A stretch of DNA of 32,000 bases from Pseudoalteromonas tetraodonis (GTDB lineage: Bacteria > Pseudomonadota > Gammaproteobacteria > Enterobacterales > Alteromonadaceae). The position numbers and the translations under genes were made by a program. The notes below the pieces were generated by a model. It was not told where the DNA came from. It was given only the letters and a program-made list of their open reading frames with translations, and ran no database searches. The DNA lies in NCBI RefSeq assembly GCF_002310835.1, contig NZ_CP011041.1, forward strand, positions 3,270,001-3,302,000, written 5' to 3'. Positions 18,517 to 27,128 of the stretch are shown here, in pieces (within the stretch, counting starts at the first letter, position 1; the number at the start of each line of letters is the position of its first letter).

Positions 18517-19305
18517 TCAAAGGTAAATAGTGCCTTTAAGGTACCTTACGGCATGACCCGTTAATGTCACTGTTGTATTGCCTACTTCACAGTGTAGCTT
18601 CCCACCTCGTTGTGAGGCTTGATAAGCACTGAGAGAATTTTTTCCAAACTGCCCTGCCCAATAAGGGGCAAGCCCAGTATGAATTGAGCCGGTTACAAAG
18701 TCTTCATCACTCCCACTGGCAGGCCAAAAATAACGAGAAATAAAGTCATACTCAACACTCGGTGCTGTTGCAACCACATCTAATGGGGCTAATTTTTTTA
18801 GTTGTTCATTAGTTGTTTTCAGATCTACAACCTGCTGCTCATTATCATAAATAGCAAAATAAGCTTGGCGGTTTTTCAGTACTTTAACAGGTTGTATAGA
18901 CAGGCCAGCTAATAGAGCATCAGGGATGAGCTGAACCTCTTCAGGGGCTTGTTTCGGAAAGGTCATAGCAAAGCTGCCATCGTTATTTTTATTAACAATC
19001 AGTTTGCCCACCGCCTCTGCGCTAAAGCACACCTGCGATATACTATGTTGCTCACAAAGCACATAGGCCGCCGCTAAAGTAGCATGGCCGCAAAAATCAA
19101 TCTCCATTAATGGCGAAAACCAACGTATCGCAAAGCTTCCATCTGCCGACTGACAAGTAAAAGCGGTTTCAGACACATTGTTTTCCGAAGCTATATTCAG
19201 CATAAGATCATCACTAAGCCAAGACTCCAATGGGATCACGGCAGCATAATTACCTTTAAACAGTTCACTGCTGAACGCATCGATTTGATGGATAGTTAAT
19301 TTCAT
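18517..19305 (-). CDS. PhzF family isomerase-like protein (YddE-like)
   Basis: MKLTIHQIDAFSSELFKGNYAAV is a canonical PhzF-family N-terminus, so the ATG at 19305 is preferred over the GTG at 19314. Internal ETAF and FCGHATLAAA motifs. Confidence 0.88.
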   Translation of the reverse strand: MKLTIHQIDAFSSELFKGNYAAVIPLESWLSDDLMLNIASENNVSETAFTCQSADGSFAIRWFSPLMEIDFCGHATLAAAYVLCEQHSISQVCFSAEAVGKLIVNKNNDGSFAMTFPKQAPEEVQLIPDALLAGLSIQPVKVLKNRQAYFAIYDNEQQVVDLKTTNEQLKKLAPLDVVATAPSVEYDFISRYFWPASGSDEDFVTGSIHTGLAPYWAGQFGKNSLSAYQASQRGGKLHCEVGNTTVTLTGHAVRYLKGTIYL

Positions 19306-19370
19306 AGTGGGCACTTTTTATTTATTGGTCACTCAAAGTGCCACAAATGAAATTAACGGTCACTATAATT

Positions 19371-19985
19371 TTATGCCAACACAGGACGTACGCGATAATA
19401 CTGCATACACGCAAATTGCAGCGCATTAGTTAGCAATATCATAATAAACATTAATATATGCGAAGTACTTTGCACTGGCATGGCTAGCTCTGCAAACAAA
19501 CCACAGATACCTGCTATAAATTGCAAACTAAAATAGCGCGCACTCAGGTTACTAATATTCCCTGTTCGCAATGTTTTATAGGTTTGTGGCATAACCCGAA
19601 CCGAACTCATAATTAAGCCCACATAAGTTAAGCCGTTTAGCACAGAGGCAGTATCTAGGTTAGGGTTTAACAGCAACAAAAAAGGTAATAACGAAAAGCT
19701 AAGCATGCCAAGTAACTGCAGCTTCTGACGTTTAGCGGCATTATAACGGGCAAAAAAGTATAAAATTAAACCACTCAACAATCCTGTCGCAAAAAACGGC
19801 AAGGCAATATAAAAGCGAGCAAAATAAAGATTGTAGCTAATAAAGTACACACTTTGCGCTAAACCAAATGTCATCATTAGCAGTGATACACCCGATACAC
19901 TGCGGTTTTTAATAATTTTATTAAGTAGCGGTAAAAAACTAAAAACCAAAATAAACACTGACAAAATAGGCAAATAATACGCCAA
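19371..19985 (-). CDS. PQ-loop repeat membrane protein with two repeats (about 6-7 TM)
   Basis: TTG start 6 nt after a GAGG SD. Repeat 1: LPLLNKIIKNRSVSGVSLLM. Repeat 2: MPQTYKTLRTGNISNLSARYF. Hydrophobic throughout. Confidence 0.65.
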   Translation of the reverse strand: MAYYLPILSVFILVFSFLPLLNKIIKNRSVSGVSLLMMTFGLAQSVYFISYNLYFARFYIALPFFATGLLSGLILYFFARYNAAKRQKLQLLGMLSFSLLPFLLLLNPNLDTASVLNGLTYVGLIMSSVRVMPQTYKTLRTGNISNLSARYFSLQFIAGICGLFAELAMPVQSTSHILMFIMILLTNALQFACMQYYRVRPVLA

Positions 19986-20194
19986 AGCAAACCTCGCTCG
20001 TTACATTGTTGTTAATAAAAAGGAAGAAATAAAACACTTTTTAAACATCTGTTTTTAAAGGCTTTATTTGTGTGCGCGCATTGTAGGGCTGGCTAGGTTT
20101 TATACAAGCTTAACGCTTACTTTAGTTTTTAGTGATGGCAACTTGAGTATACAAAAACCGTTACTAAAACTTCACAGCACGCCACTTTAACTAA

Positions 20195-20222
20195 TTGCAA
20201 TACAAATGATAACTGTTATCAT
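20195..20222 (+). promoter_or_regulatory. Sigma70 promoter overlapped by a Fur box
   Basis: TTGCAA (20195-20200), 16 nt spacer, TATCAT (20217-20222). Perfect 8-1-8 palindrome ATGATAAC-t-GTTATCAT (20206-22). 13 of 19 positions match GATAATGATAATCATTATC at 20202-20220. It lies 36 nt upstream of the PepSY-TM ATG. Confidence 0.6.
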
Positions 20223-20257
20223 GCGCATACGTGTAATTTAACATACAAGCTAAAATA

Positions 20258-21391
20258 ATGAGAAAAACACTGTTTAAAATTCATAGTTGGTTGGCGCTAA
20301 TTGCCATTATTCCGTTAATTGTTATTAGCATTACTGGCAGTGTTTTAGTGTTTAAAAGTGAAATAGACGGCTTACTGATGCCTGACAAACACTTTGTGGT
20401 ACAGCAGCAAGCTGCTCGCTTACCTATGGACTCATTAATAGATAAAGCCGAAGCAGCCTTTCCTGAGTATGTAGTAGGAAGCTGGGAGCTTTTTAATAAC
20501 ACCACCGCCGACCGGCTTTATTTGGTTAAGCGTGGCACTGACGATTGGTATAAGTTGCATTTAGACCAATACACAGGAGAAGTTTTATCAGAACCCGTAA
20601 GCACAACTCATTATTTTACCGACTGGTTTTTAGAGCTCCATTACACCTTTTTACTTAACGACTTAAAAAGTTTACCAGGGCAAACAGGCACCGTATTAGG
20701 GTTCTTTTTTGCTTTATTTTTATTAACTTTAGGTATTACTGGCTTAATTATTTACCGCAAATTTTGGCAGCGACTATTTAGCGTACGCTGGCGCGCAACG
20801 TTACAAATAGTACTCAGTGACATTCATAAGATGACCGGTGTTTTAGGCTCACCTATTCTTATCGTTTTAGCGATTACAGGTGGTTATTTTAATGGTGCAG
20901 TGTGGTATCACGAAGTAATAGAACACGCAGAAGAAGAGCACCACACTATTACAAATAAATTATATAGTGACGACATCTCTTTTGAGCGGATTCTTAATGA
21001 TAGCAAGCTGCAAATACCCACTTTTAATACAACTTTTTTAGTTTTTCCACGAGAGTCCGATGAAAATATCACTCTTTATGGCGAAGTAAATACCAGTAAC
21101 CCACTTACCAGTGAATATGCCAATACCATAACCTATAATAAGCAAATAGGTGAACACATCGCTAACTGGGATATTCGAGAGGCTGGTGCTGGTTGGCAAG
21201 TAATAGACAGTTTTAGAAAACTACACTTTGGTTATTTTGCTGGGCTTATCAGTAAAATACTATGGTGTATTGTTGGCCTTAGCCCTGTATGGCTCGCTGG
21301 TACAGGCTTTTATTTATGGCTCACACGCCGTAAGCGTAAAAAGCAATCACACAAAAATCGCTTAACTCAACGACGAAGCGCGAATGCTTGA
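20258..21391 (+). CDS. PepSY-associated TM helix domain protein (PiuB/FoxB-like putative iron/siderophore reductase family)
   Basis: N-terminus KIHSWLALIAIIPLIVISITGSVLVF is typical of the PepSY_TM family. Four TM segments are spaced by periplasmic regions. Basic C-terminal tail. Confidence 0.85.
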   Translation: MRKTLFKIHSWLALIAIIPLIVISITGSVLVFKSEIDGLLMPDKHFVVQQQAARLPMDSLIDKAEAAFPEYVVGSWELFNNTTADRLYLVKRGTDDWYKLHLDQYTGEVLSEPVSTTHYFTDWFLELHYTFLLNDLKSLPGQTGTVLGFFFALFLLTLGITGLIIYRKFWQRLFSVRWRATLQIVLSDIHKMTGVLGSPILIVLAITGGYFNGAVWYHEVIEHAEEEHHTITNKLYSDDISFERILNDSKLQIPTFNTTFLVFPRESDENITLYGEVNTSNPLTSEYANTITYNKQIGEHIANWDIREAGAGWQVIDSFRKLHFGYFAGLISKILWCIVGLSPVWLAGTGFYLWLTRRKRKKQSHKNRLTQRRSANA

Positions 21392-21399
21392 TAAAACAA

Positions 21400-21435
21400 T
21401 CACTCCCTTGTAAAGTGAAACCAACGAGGGAGTGA
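21400..21435 (+). promoter_or_regulatory. Hairpin sequestering the Shine-Dalgarno of the downstream lipoprotein gene
   Basis: tcactccct (21400-21408) pairs with agggagtga (21427-21435), giving 9 bp and an 18-nt loop. The right arm contains the SD GAGGGAG, 7 nt upstream of the ATG at 21440. No U-tail, so it is not a terminator. Confidence 0.35.
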
Positions 21436-21439
21436 GTTA

Positions 21440-22603
21440 ATGAATATGTTCAAGGTAATAATAAGTTTAACTTTTTTATTTGTTGTGGGGTGCAGCAGCA
21501 AAATCAATACGCAAACTCAGCTCGTACAATTAAGTTCATTAATTAATCACACATTATTTGTACAACAAACCACACCTTCTGAAAAGGTTATATTTGAACT
21601 TCCCGAGGCAGAAAAAGCACGCTTTTTAGCCTTCGTAACAAAACAACAAACAGCTAATATTCGTAGTGACCGTATTATTTATAACTACCTTGAAAATCAG
21701 CTCTCTAATTTTAATTATCATGGCGATACGCTTACATCATCTCAATCTCTCAACCTTGCACAAGGTAACTGTATCAGCCTTGCTGTTCTTACCCAAAGTT
21801 ATGCACAAACATTAGGGCTTAAAACCAGCTTTCAAGAAATGACTAGCGAGCCAGTTTACGCACAGGAAGATAACTTGGTTTATGTAGCAAACCATTTTAG
21901 AACTAAAGTTTATGCCCCAGAAGAGGAACTGCCTGAAAAAGAAGAAAATGTGATCACTTTTTTTCGCCCAGGAACCTTAATAGACTACTTCCCAACCAGA
22001 GGTAGTGTGTATTCTGATAGTGCTAATTATAATGATTTAATCTCTAAATTTTATAGTAACTTAGCTGCTGACGCGCTTTTAGATAAGCAGCTTGATCAAG
22101 CGTACTCTCTTATTTTACAAGCAAATAAATACACCCCTTATGATCCTGAGCTATTTAATATGGCTGGAATTTTACATCGACGAGCTGGCGATTTAAAAAG
22201 TGCACAGCTTATTTACCAAACTGCTTTAGATAATAAGCTGATAAATATAAATTTACTTACTAATTATCAAGTTTTAGCCAAACAAATTGGTGATCAGCAA
22301 CTTGTTGAACAATTAGCAAGCCGACTTGCTGAAGTAGAAAAAGATCCTTATGAACTTTTAGTTATTGCAAAAAATGATCTAGAAACAGGACGAATTAATA
22401 CCGCTACAGAGCATATTGAACAAGCCATAACAAAAGCGCCGTATATTGCAGAACTTTATTTAGAGCTTGCTAAAATTCGCTATCAACAAGGAAAAAATCA
22501 CCAAACACAAAAATTACTTGAGAAAGCGATAGAGCTCGAAAAAGACAAGCAAAAGTTAAATGTATATCAAGCTAAGTTACTGTCCTTAAAAGCGAGTAAG
22601 TAA
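21440..22603 (+). CDS. Lipoprotein with transglutaminase-like Cys-peptidase-type core and C-terminal TPR repeats
   Basis: Lipobox [25 protein letters not shown] (Cys nucleophile context) and ANHFRTKVY (His). The C-terminal ~180 aa contain TPR-like helical repeats. Confidence 0.75.
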   Translation: MNMFKVIISLTFLFVVGCSSKINTQTQLVQLSSLINHTLFVQQTTPSEKVIFELPEAEKARFLAFVTKQQTANIRSDRIIYNYLENQLSNFNYHGDTLTSSQSLNLAQGNCISLAVLTQSYAQTLGLKTSFQEMTSEPVYAQEDNLVYVANHFRTKVYAPEEELPEKEENVITFFRPGTLIDYFPTRGSVYSDSANYNDLISKFYSNLAADALLDKQLDQAYSLILQANKYTPYDPELFNMAGILHRRAGDLKSAQLIYQTALDNKLININLLTNYQVLAKQIGDQQLVEQLASRLAEVEKDPYELLVIAKNDLETGRINTATEHIEQAITKAPYIAELYLELAKIRYQQGKNHQTQKLLEKAIELEKDKQKLNVYQAKLLSLKASK

Positions 22604-22620
22604 CTTAGCTAAATAGGCTT

Positions 22621-25434
22621 TTACAATGAATAGTAAAAGCTTAACCACGCGCGCATTTCATCTTCAAAGCTGTCACCTTCTACTCGCGACAACCCCATAT
22701 CAAAGGTTAAGTCATTAACGCCCGCAGGCCCCATCCCGAAGCTAAAGTCACCTTGGTATTTTAAGCCGTAACTTTGTGCATAAACGTTGCTATCTAATTG
22801 ATGTTGCTTGTAATAAAGCCAAGGCATTCCCTCTTTAAAGCTAATGCCACCACCATACCCTTGGTAGCGCTCAGTGGTTGCACTATAAAAAGGCAGTTCA
22901 GCAGCAAGCACAAATTCACTACTTTGCTGCTGATTAATTAAATTAGAACTAAAGCCGCCTAATGTCAGGCTACTGTCATCTCTTTGCTTTTGCTCAAAGT
23001 TAACAAAAAGTGGTATATCAAACGCTTTACCAAATATTTTTGCTGCCAAGTCATAACCTTGCCAATGACTACTGTGATTCTGCCCATCATAAATGCTGGC
23101 ATAAATACTCTGCCCAATAGCAAATGCTTGGCGGTCATGTTGCCAGCTTTGAGCAATACTCAACCGTGTCCAATTTTTATGGCTATTTTTATAATCTGTA
23201 TAGTTATAGGCCAATTCTGGGGTTAAATGTAACTGGCCAAACTTCAATGGGTGGCTTACTGCAGCATAACCACCTCGGGCTTCAATATCAGCGTTTAAGC
23301 TAGGTTGATATTGATGTGATGTATCCAAATTATAATCAAATAGCGCAAGCTTAAACTTTGTATTTAACGCATTGTATTTTGCTTGTATAAAGCCGCCATG
23401 TAATGCACCGTCATGCAAATCAATGTTATAACCCGCTTGTAAATCAAGTTGTTTTAATAGGTCGCTACTTTTTATACCTACACTTAGCAAACTGGTTGAC
23501 GCTGAATAATACTGAGATCCCAAAGCAAACGTCGCTTGCTGATCAAGTACTGCGTAATCGCTTTGTTCTGCTATCTCATCGGTATATATTTTTGCCGGTG
23601 GCAGAGTATGCTTATTTACCATCAACAATGGAGCTTCACTGTTTACAGCGAAATCAGTCACGGCTGTGCGGTTTTTTGTTGTAAGCGTTTTTACATCAGG
23701 GCCATCGGCATTAATAGAGAAATAAAGTAGTGAGCCATCTTCAGCCTCAATCGGGTATGCGAGCGCTTCTTGCCCGTTAGTTAAGCGGGTGAGGGTGTTA
23801 TTTTTTATATGATAATTATAAATATCAGTTTTATTATTTAGGCCAGCAACAAAATAGATAGATTCCCCATCTTGACTGAAACTCGGCTGACTTAAATACT
23901 GATACCCGTTAGGCATTGGGATTGACCGCCTGGCATCACCGTTTAAGCCTTGTATATACAACTGCCAATTTTCGTTTAATGATGCTGATAAGTAAGCTAA
24001 TTTTGTTTCATCGGGGTTCAGTGTCGGGTAATCATAACTTGTTTTTAAGCTCTTAGTAAAAAATGGCGTGATTGTTTGTGTATTAAGATCGACTTTTACT
24101 AATTCAGAATACCCAGCTCTTATTTGCTCACCGTAAAGTGTTTCACCATCACGGGTAACACTAAAACGGCGAATACCGGCCAGCTCTGTAAGTTGCTCTA
24201 TGTTGCCAGTGTCGGTGTTGTAGCTAAAAATGTCAGACACTTTGTTATAAGTTCCCGATCCTTCACTACTGTAGGCATTAAAATAAAGTGTGTTGTTATT
24301 TACCCATTGCGGGTTAGCAATACCTGCGCGATTAATTTGATTTAGTACTTGTTTTTGTTCGCGCTTAAACACGATTGGCGGGGTATCAGGAACATCTTGC
24401 TTATCGTTCTCTAGGAGCTCCTTTTGCACCTTAGTAAACTTATCTCGTGCTTTGGTGTTGTCTTCTGTACTGTAAATTATTAGTTTTGTTTTACTCTTTT
24501 CATCACGTTCAACTATCGCAATTTTGCTACCATCATTTGAAAGAGCTGGATTGCTAGCGTATAAATCAAGTTCTAACCAAAGCTTGCTATTAAGTGATGA
24601 TTCGGTTTGCTCTTGTTGCATCGCTTTATAAGTGTATTCAGCAATAAATCGACGATATAACCTTGCAGCGCTTTGCCCAAATACACCAGAAAATGCGTCG
24701 TCAAAATCTCGTGATTTCACTGCTCGCATACGAACCCATACATTATCGAGTAGCTGCTCTGAGTAATTTTGCTCTAACCAATATAAAAAACGACTTCCCA
24801 TTAAATATGCCATAGAGCCCGCCATAAAGCCCTCATCGCTATTTAGTTGCCCATAGGTGGGAAGCGCTCCCTGCTGAGCAAACTCTCTAAGTATTGCCTC
24901 AGCATAGTTATCAAATAAGCGCCCTCGACCTGTCATTTTTGATTCAATTAAAGTGGCGTACCCTTCGGCTACCCAGCGCGGTGTATCACCATAGGTTAAA
25001 TCGTATATATCCCATACACCGCGAATCTTTTGCTGCCAGTCGTTACGGGTTGGCTGCGCTAAATGGACTAAATGAATGTATTCGTGCAGCACCAACAATT
25101 GCTGCCAACCCGATGAATTTGATATCACGGTATCCGACTGCGGTGGCGTAGTAAAAAGCGCCATAACAGGATTATTAGAGGTTGGTAAGGCAAAGCCATT
25201 CGCTGCATTTAGAGGGTCAAACACCACCACATCGACGATTTTATCAAGCGCCCGATTTTGTTGCTCAAGCACTTTAGTGCGAACAATTTCCAGCTCCACA
25301 GCAGTCGATTTAGCAAAATCAGTATGCTCACTACTAAAGTGAACATTAAAATGCTCGGTATGAATGGTTTGCCAATTAGCAGCAAAGCTAGGTGCAGCCA
25401 ATAATAAGGCTGATGCAATGAGTGACTTTTTCAC
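22621..25434 (-). CDS. Large exported protein: peptidase-MA-like N-domain, TolB/PD40-like beta-propeller repeats, beta-strand-rich C-terminal region
   Basis: GTG start with signal peptide MKKSLIASALLLAAPSFA. HEYIHLVH followed by WVAEGYATLIE (HExxH...E gluzincin pattern). Repeated SxDG/PD40-like units: SNDGSKIAIV, TRDGETLY, NPDETKLAYL, SQDGESIYFV, AEDGSLLYF. The last ~300 aa have an alternating hydrophobic pattern. Confidence 0.75.
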   Translation of the reverse strand: MKKSLIASALLLAAPSFAANWQTIHTEHFNVHFSSEHTDFAKSTAVELEIVRTKVLEQQNRALDKIVDVVVFDPLNAANGFALPTSNNPVMALFTTPPQSDTVISNSSGWQQLLVLHEYIHLVHLAQPTRNDWQQKIRGVWDIYDLTYGDTPRWVAEGYATLIESKMTGRGRLFDNYAEAILREFAQQGALPTYGQLNSDEGFMAGSMAYLMGSRFLYWLEQNYSEQLLDNVWVRMRAVKSRDFDDAFSGVFGQSAARLYRRFIAEYTYKAMQQEQTESSLNSKLWLELDLYASNPALSNDGSKIAIVERDEKSKTKLIIYSTEDNTKARDKFTKVQKELLENDKQDVPDTPPIVFKREQKQVLNQINRAGIANPQWVNNNTLYFNAYSSEGSGTYNKVSDIFSYNTDTGNIEQLTELAGIRRFSVTRDGETLYGEQIRAGYSELVKVDLNTQTITPFFTKSLKTSYDYPTLNPDETKLAYLSASLNENWQLYIQGLNGDARRSIPMPNGYQYLSQPSFSQDGESIYFVAGLNNKTDIYNYHIKNNTLTRLTNGQEALAYPIEAEDGSLLYFSINADGPDVKTLTTKNRTAVTDFAVNSEAPLLMVNKHTLPPAKIYTDEIAEQSDYAVLDQQATFALGSQYYSASTSLLSVGIKSSDLLKQLDLQAGYNIDLHDGALHGGFIQAKYNALNTKFKLALFDYNLDTSHQYQPSLNADIEARGGYAAVSHPLKFGQLHLTPELAYNYTDYKNSHKNWTRLSIAQSWQHDRQAFAIGQSIYASIYDGQNHSSHWQGYDLAAKIFGKAFDIPLFVNFEQKQRDDSSLTLGGFSSNLINQQQSSEFVLAAELPFYSATTERYQGYGGGISFKEGMPWLYYKQHQLDSNVYAQSYGLKYQGDFSFGMGPAGVNDLTFDMGLSRVEGDSFEDEMRAWLSFYYSL

Positions 25435-25453
25435 AATAATCCCTTAAATAGTA

Positions 25454-25484
25454 CATTTGATAATGTTTAGAGTATTATCAAATG
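25454..25484. promoter_or_regulatory. Perfect 11-bp inverted repeat (operator or 5'-UTR hairpin) just upstream of the 937-aa gene
   Basis: catttgataat - 9 nt - attatcaaatg, located 20-50 nt upstream of the GTG start at 25434. The arms (TGATAAT/ATTATCA) resemble Fur half-sites, but the spacing is not canonical. Confidence 0.4.
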
Positions 25485-25577
25485 GAAAAAACGGGCAGTA
25501 AAAAAGTGTAATAAAGCATGTGCAAATGTGTATTTACACCCGCTTTATTATTTAATCTGAGTTTTGAACAAAGGAAG

Positions 25578-27128
25578 TTACATCCAACTGCGAGGGTCTG
25601 ACTCAGCCTGCATAAGTGTAAAATCTATAATGAAGTCAGCATCTTGCTGTTTTAAATATGGGACGTACGCACCGCCTGCAGCAAGTTGTATATACAGGCT
25701 TTTTAAGCCAGAACGACGCATAAAAAAGGTGCTCACACTGCGAGCGCTTTGTGCTTTGTACAGCTCAAATACCCGGTAATGCACACCAATCATACCTTTG
25801 CGTACCACCAAATAAAAACGCCCATCTTGTTGATGAAGGTAATACCCATAACGTTTATAAGATAAAAACACTAACGCGGCTAATACCAAGAATAATGCTA
25901 ATGCAATTAATATATTAAGTTGCATAAAGCTAATAAAAAAACCAGAAGCAACGCTCGGTAGCAAAGCATAAAACACCGTGTTTTTATATAACAACGCCCT
26001 TTCTACCGCATTGAATGCCAGCTTTTTACTGTCAAACCACGGATAAATCCACTGACACACATTATCAACTTGCTCCTGCGTGAGCACAGGCAGCACTAAG
26101 GTTTGTTTATTCTTTTTCGCCATGCTTGCAGCACCGCCGCTACTGGCTTGCAAACACTCCACAGTAGAGCGTTTTAATAGCCTAGCAACTAGGTTTTGCT
26201 TAATAACGATTGACTGTACTTTGTCTAAACTAATTGATAGTTGATGACGCTCTAACAGCCCTGCAATACGTTTGAATTTATTATTTTTAAAGTAAAGCTG
26301 ATAGTTATAAAAACGAATGAGCGACATAGTTACCGATAAAAGTACCGCTATAAATATCAAAATAATGATCAGAGTAATTATTGCAAACACAGCTGCATTA
26401 GCCATCAAACCGAGCTCTTGTTGATAATAACTCTCTATTTTTGTTATAAATTGCTGCTCTAAAAAGTCGATGGCCACATTCATAAAAGGGGCAATTGCCG
26501 CAAGTGCCAAAATAGCCATATTCGACATTAAACCAAACTTAGCTATTTCTTTATTTGAGATGAGTAAGCTATTTTCGCTCAGCTCTTCAATATGAGATTG
26601 CGCTGAATCAGCCACCTCAGCTGATGGTTGCTGCTGCGCTTTATAGTCAAACACTCGTTTACGCATTTGTTGCGCGTAATCTTTAGTTACCCCTGGCAAA
26701 ACAGCTTCTTGAGCCACACTGCCTGCCGCATCAAAAATACAATTAACTAACCCTATGGGGGTGAAGTAAAATGGCTCCGCTATATTTACGTTTTGCACTC
26801 GAGAAAATTTTAAGGTAAGTCGCTCTTTTTTAAATACGCCTTTATTAAGTAAAATTTCATGCTCGTCAGTAATACAAAAACGAAAACTACGGTAATACAA
26901 AAAACAATAGGCAAGCAATGAGGTCAAAGCAACCGCGAGCCCAACCTGCCCCCAAAAGAGTTTATTTTCTACTTGGGTAACAAATACCACCAACACGGGC
27001 AGTAAATTAAATAAGCCGTCTTTTATGAAGCGCACACTAAAATGCATCACAAAATAAGCCAGCGCCCAGGGCGACACTTTTTGCCAATTAAGTGAAGGTG
27101 ACGTTATTTGCGCAGCATCAACACTCAA
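25578..27128 (-). CDS. YdbT-like membrane protein with repeated bacterial PH (bPH_2) domains
   Basis: 516 aa. Three pairs of TM helices are each followed by a ~80-aa soluble segment (e.g. ITDEHEILLNKGVFKKERLTLKFSRVQNV; FKNNKFKRIAGLLERHQLSISLDKVQSI). TTG start with a GAGG SD 9 nt upstream. It overlaps the upstream gene by 11 nt. Confidence 0.82.
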   Translation of the reverse strand: MSVDAAQITSPSLNWQKVSPWALAYFVMHFSVRFIKDGLFNLLPVLVVFVTQVENKLFWGQVGLAVALTSLLAYCFLYYRSFRFCITDEHEILLNKGVFKKERLTLKFSRVQNVNIAEPFYFTPIGLVNCIFDAAGSVAQEAVLPGVTKDYAQQMRKRVFDYKAQQQPSAEVADSAQSHIEELSENSLLISNKEIAKFGLMSNMAILALAAIAPFMNVAIDFLEQQFITKIESYYQQELGLMANAAVFAIITLIIILIFIAVLLSVTMSLIRFYNYQLYFKNNKFKRIAGLLERHQLSISLDKVQSIVIKQNLVARLLKRSTVECLQASSGGAASMAKKNKQTLVLPVLTQEQVDNVCQWIYPWFDSKKLAFNAVERALLYKNTVFYALLPSVASGFFISFMQLNILIALALFLVLAALVFLSYKRYGYYLHQQDGRFYLVVRKGMIGVHYRVFELYKAQSARSVSTFFMRRSGLKSLYIQLAAGGAYVPYLKQQDADFIIDFTLMQAESDPRSWM

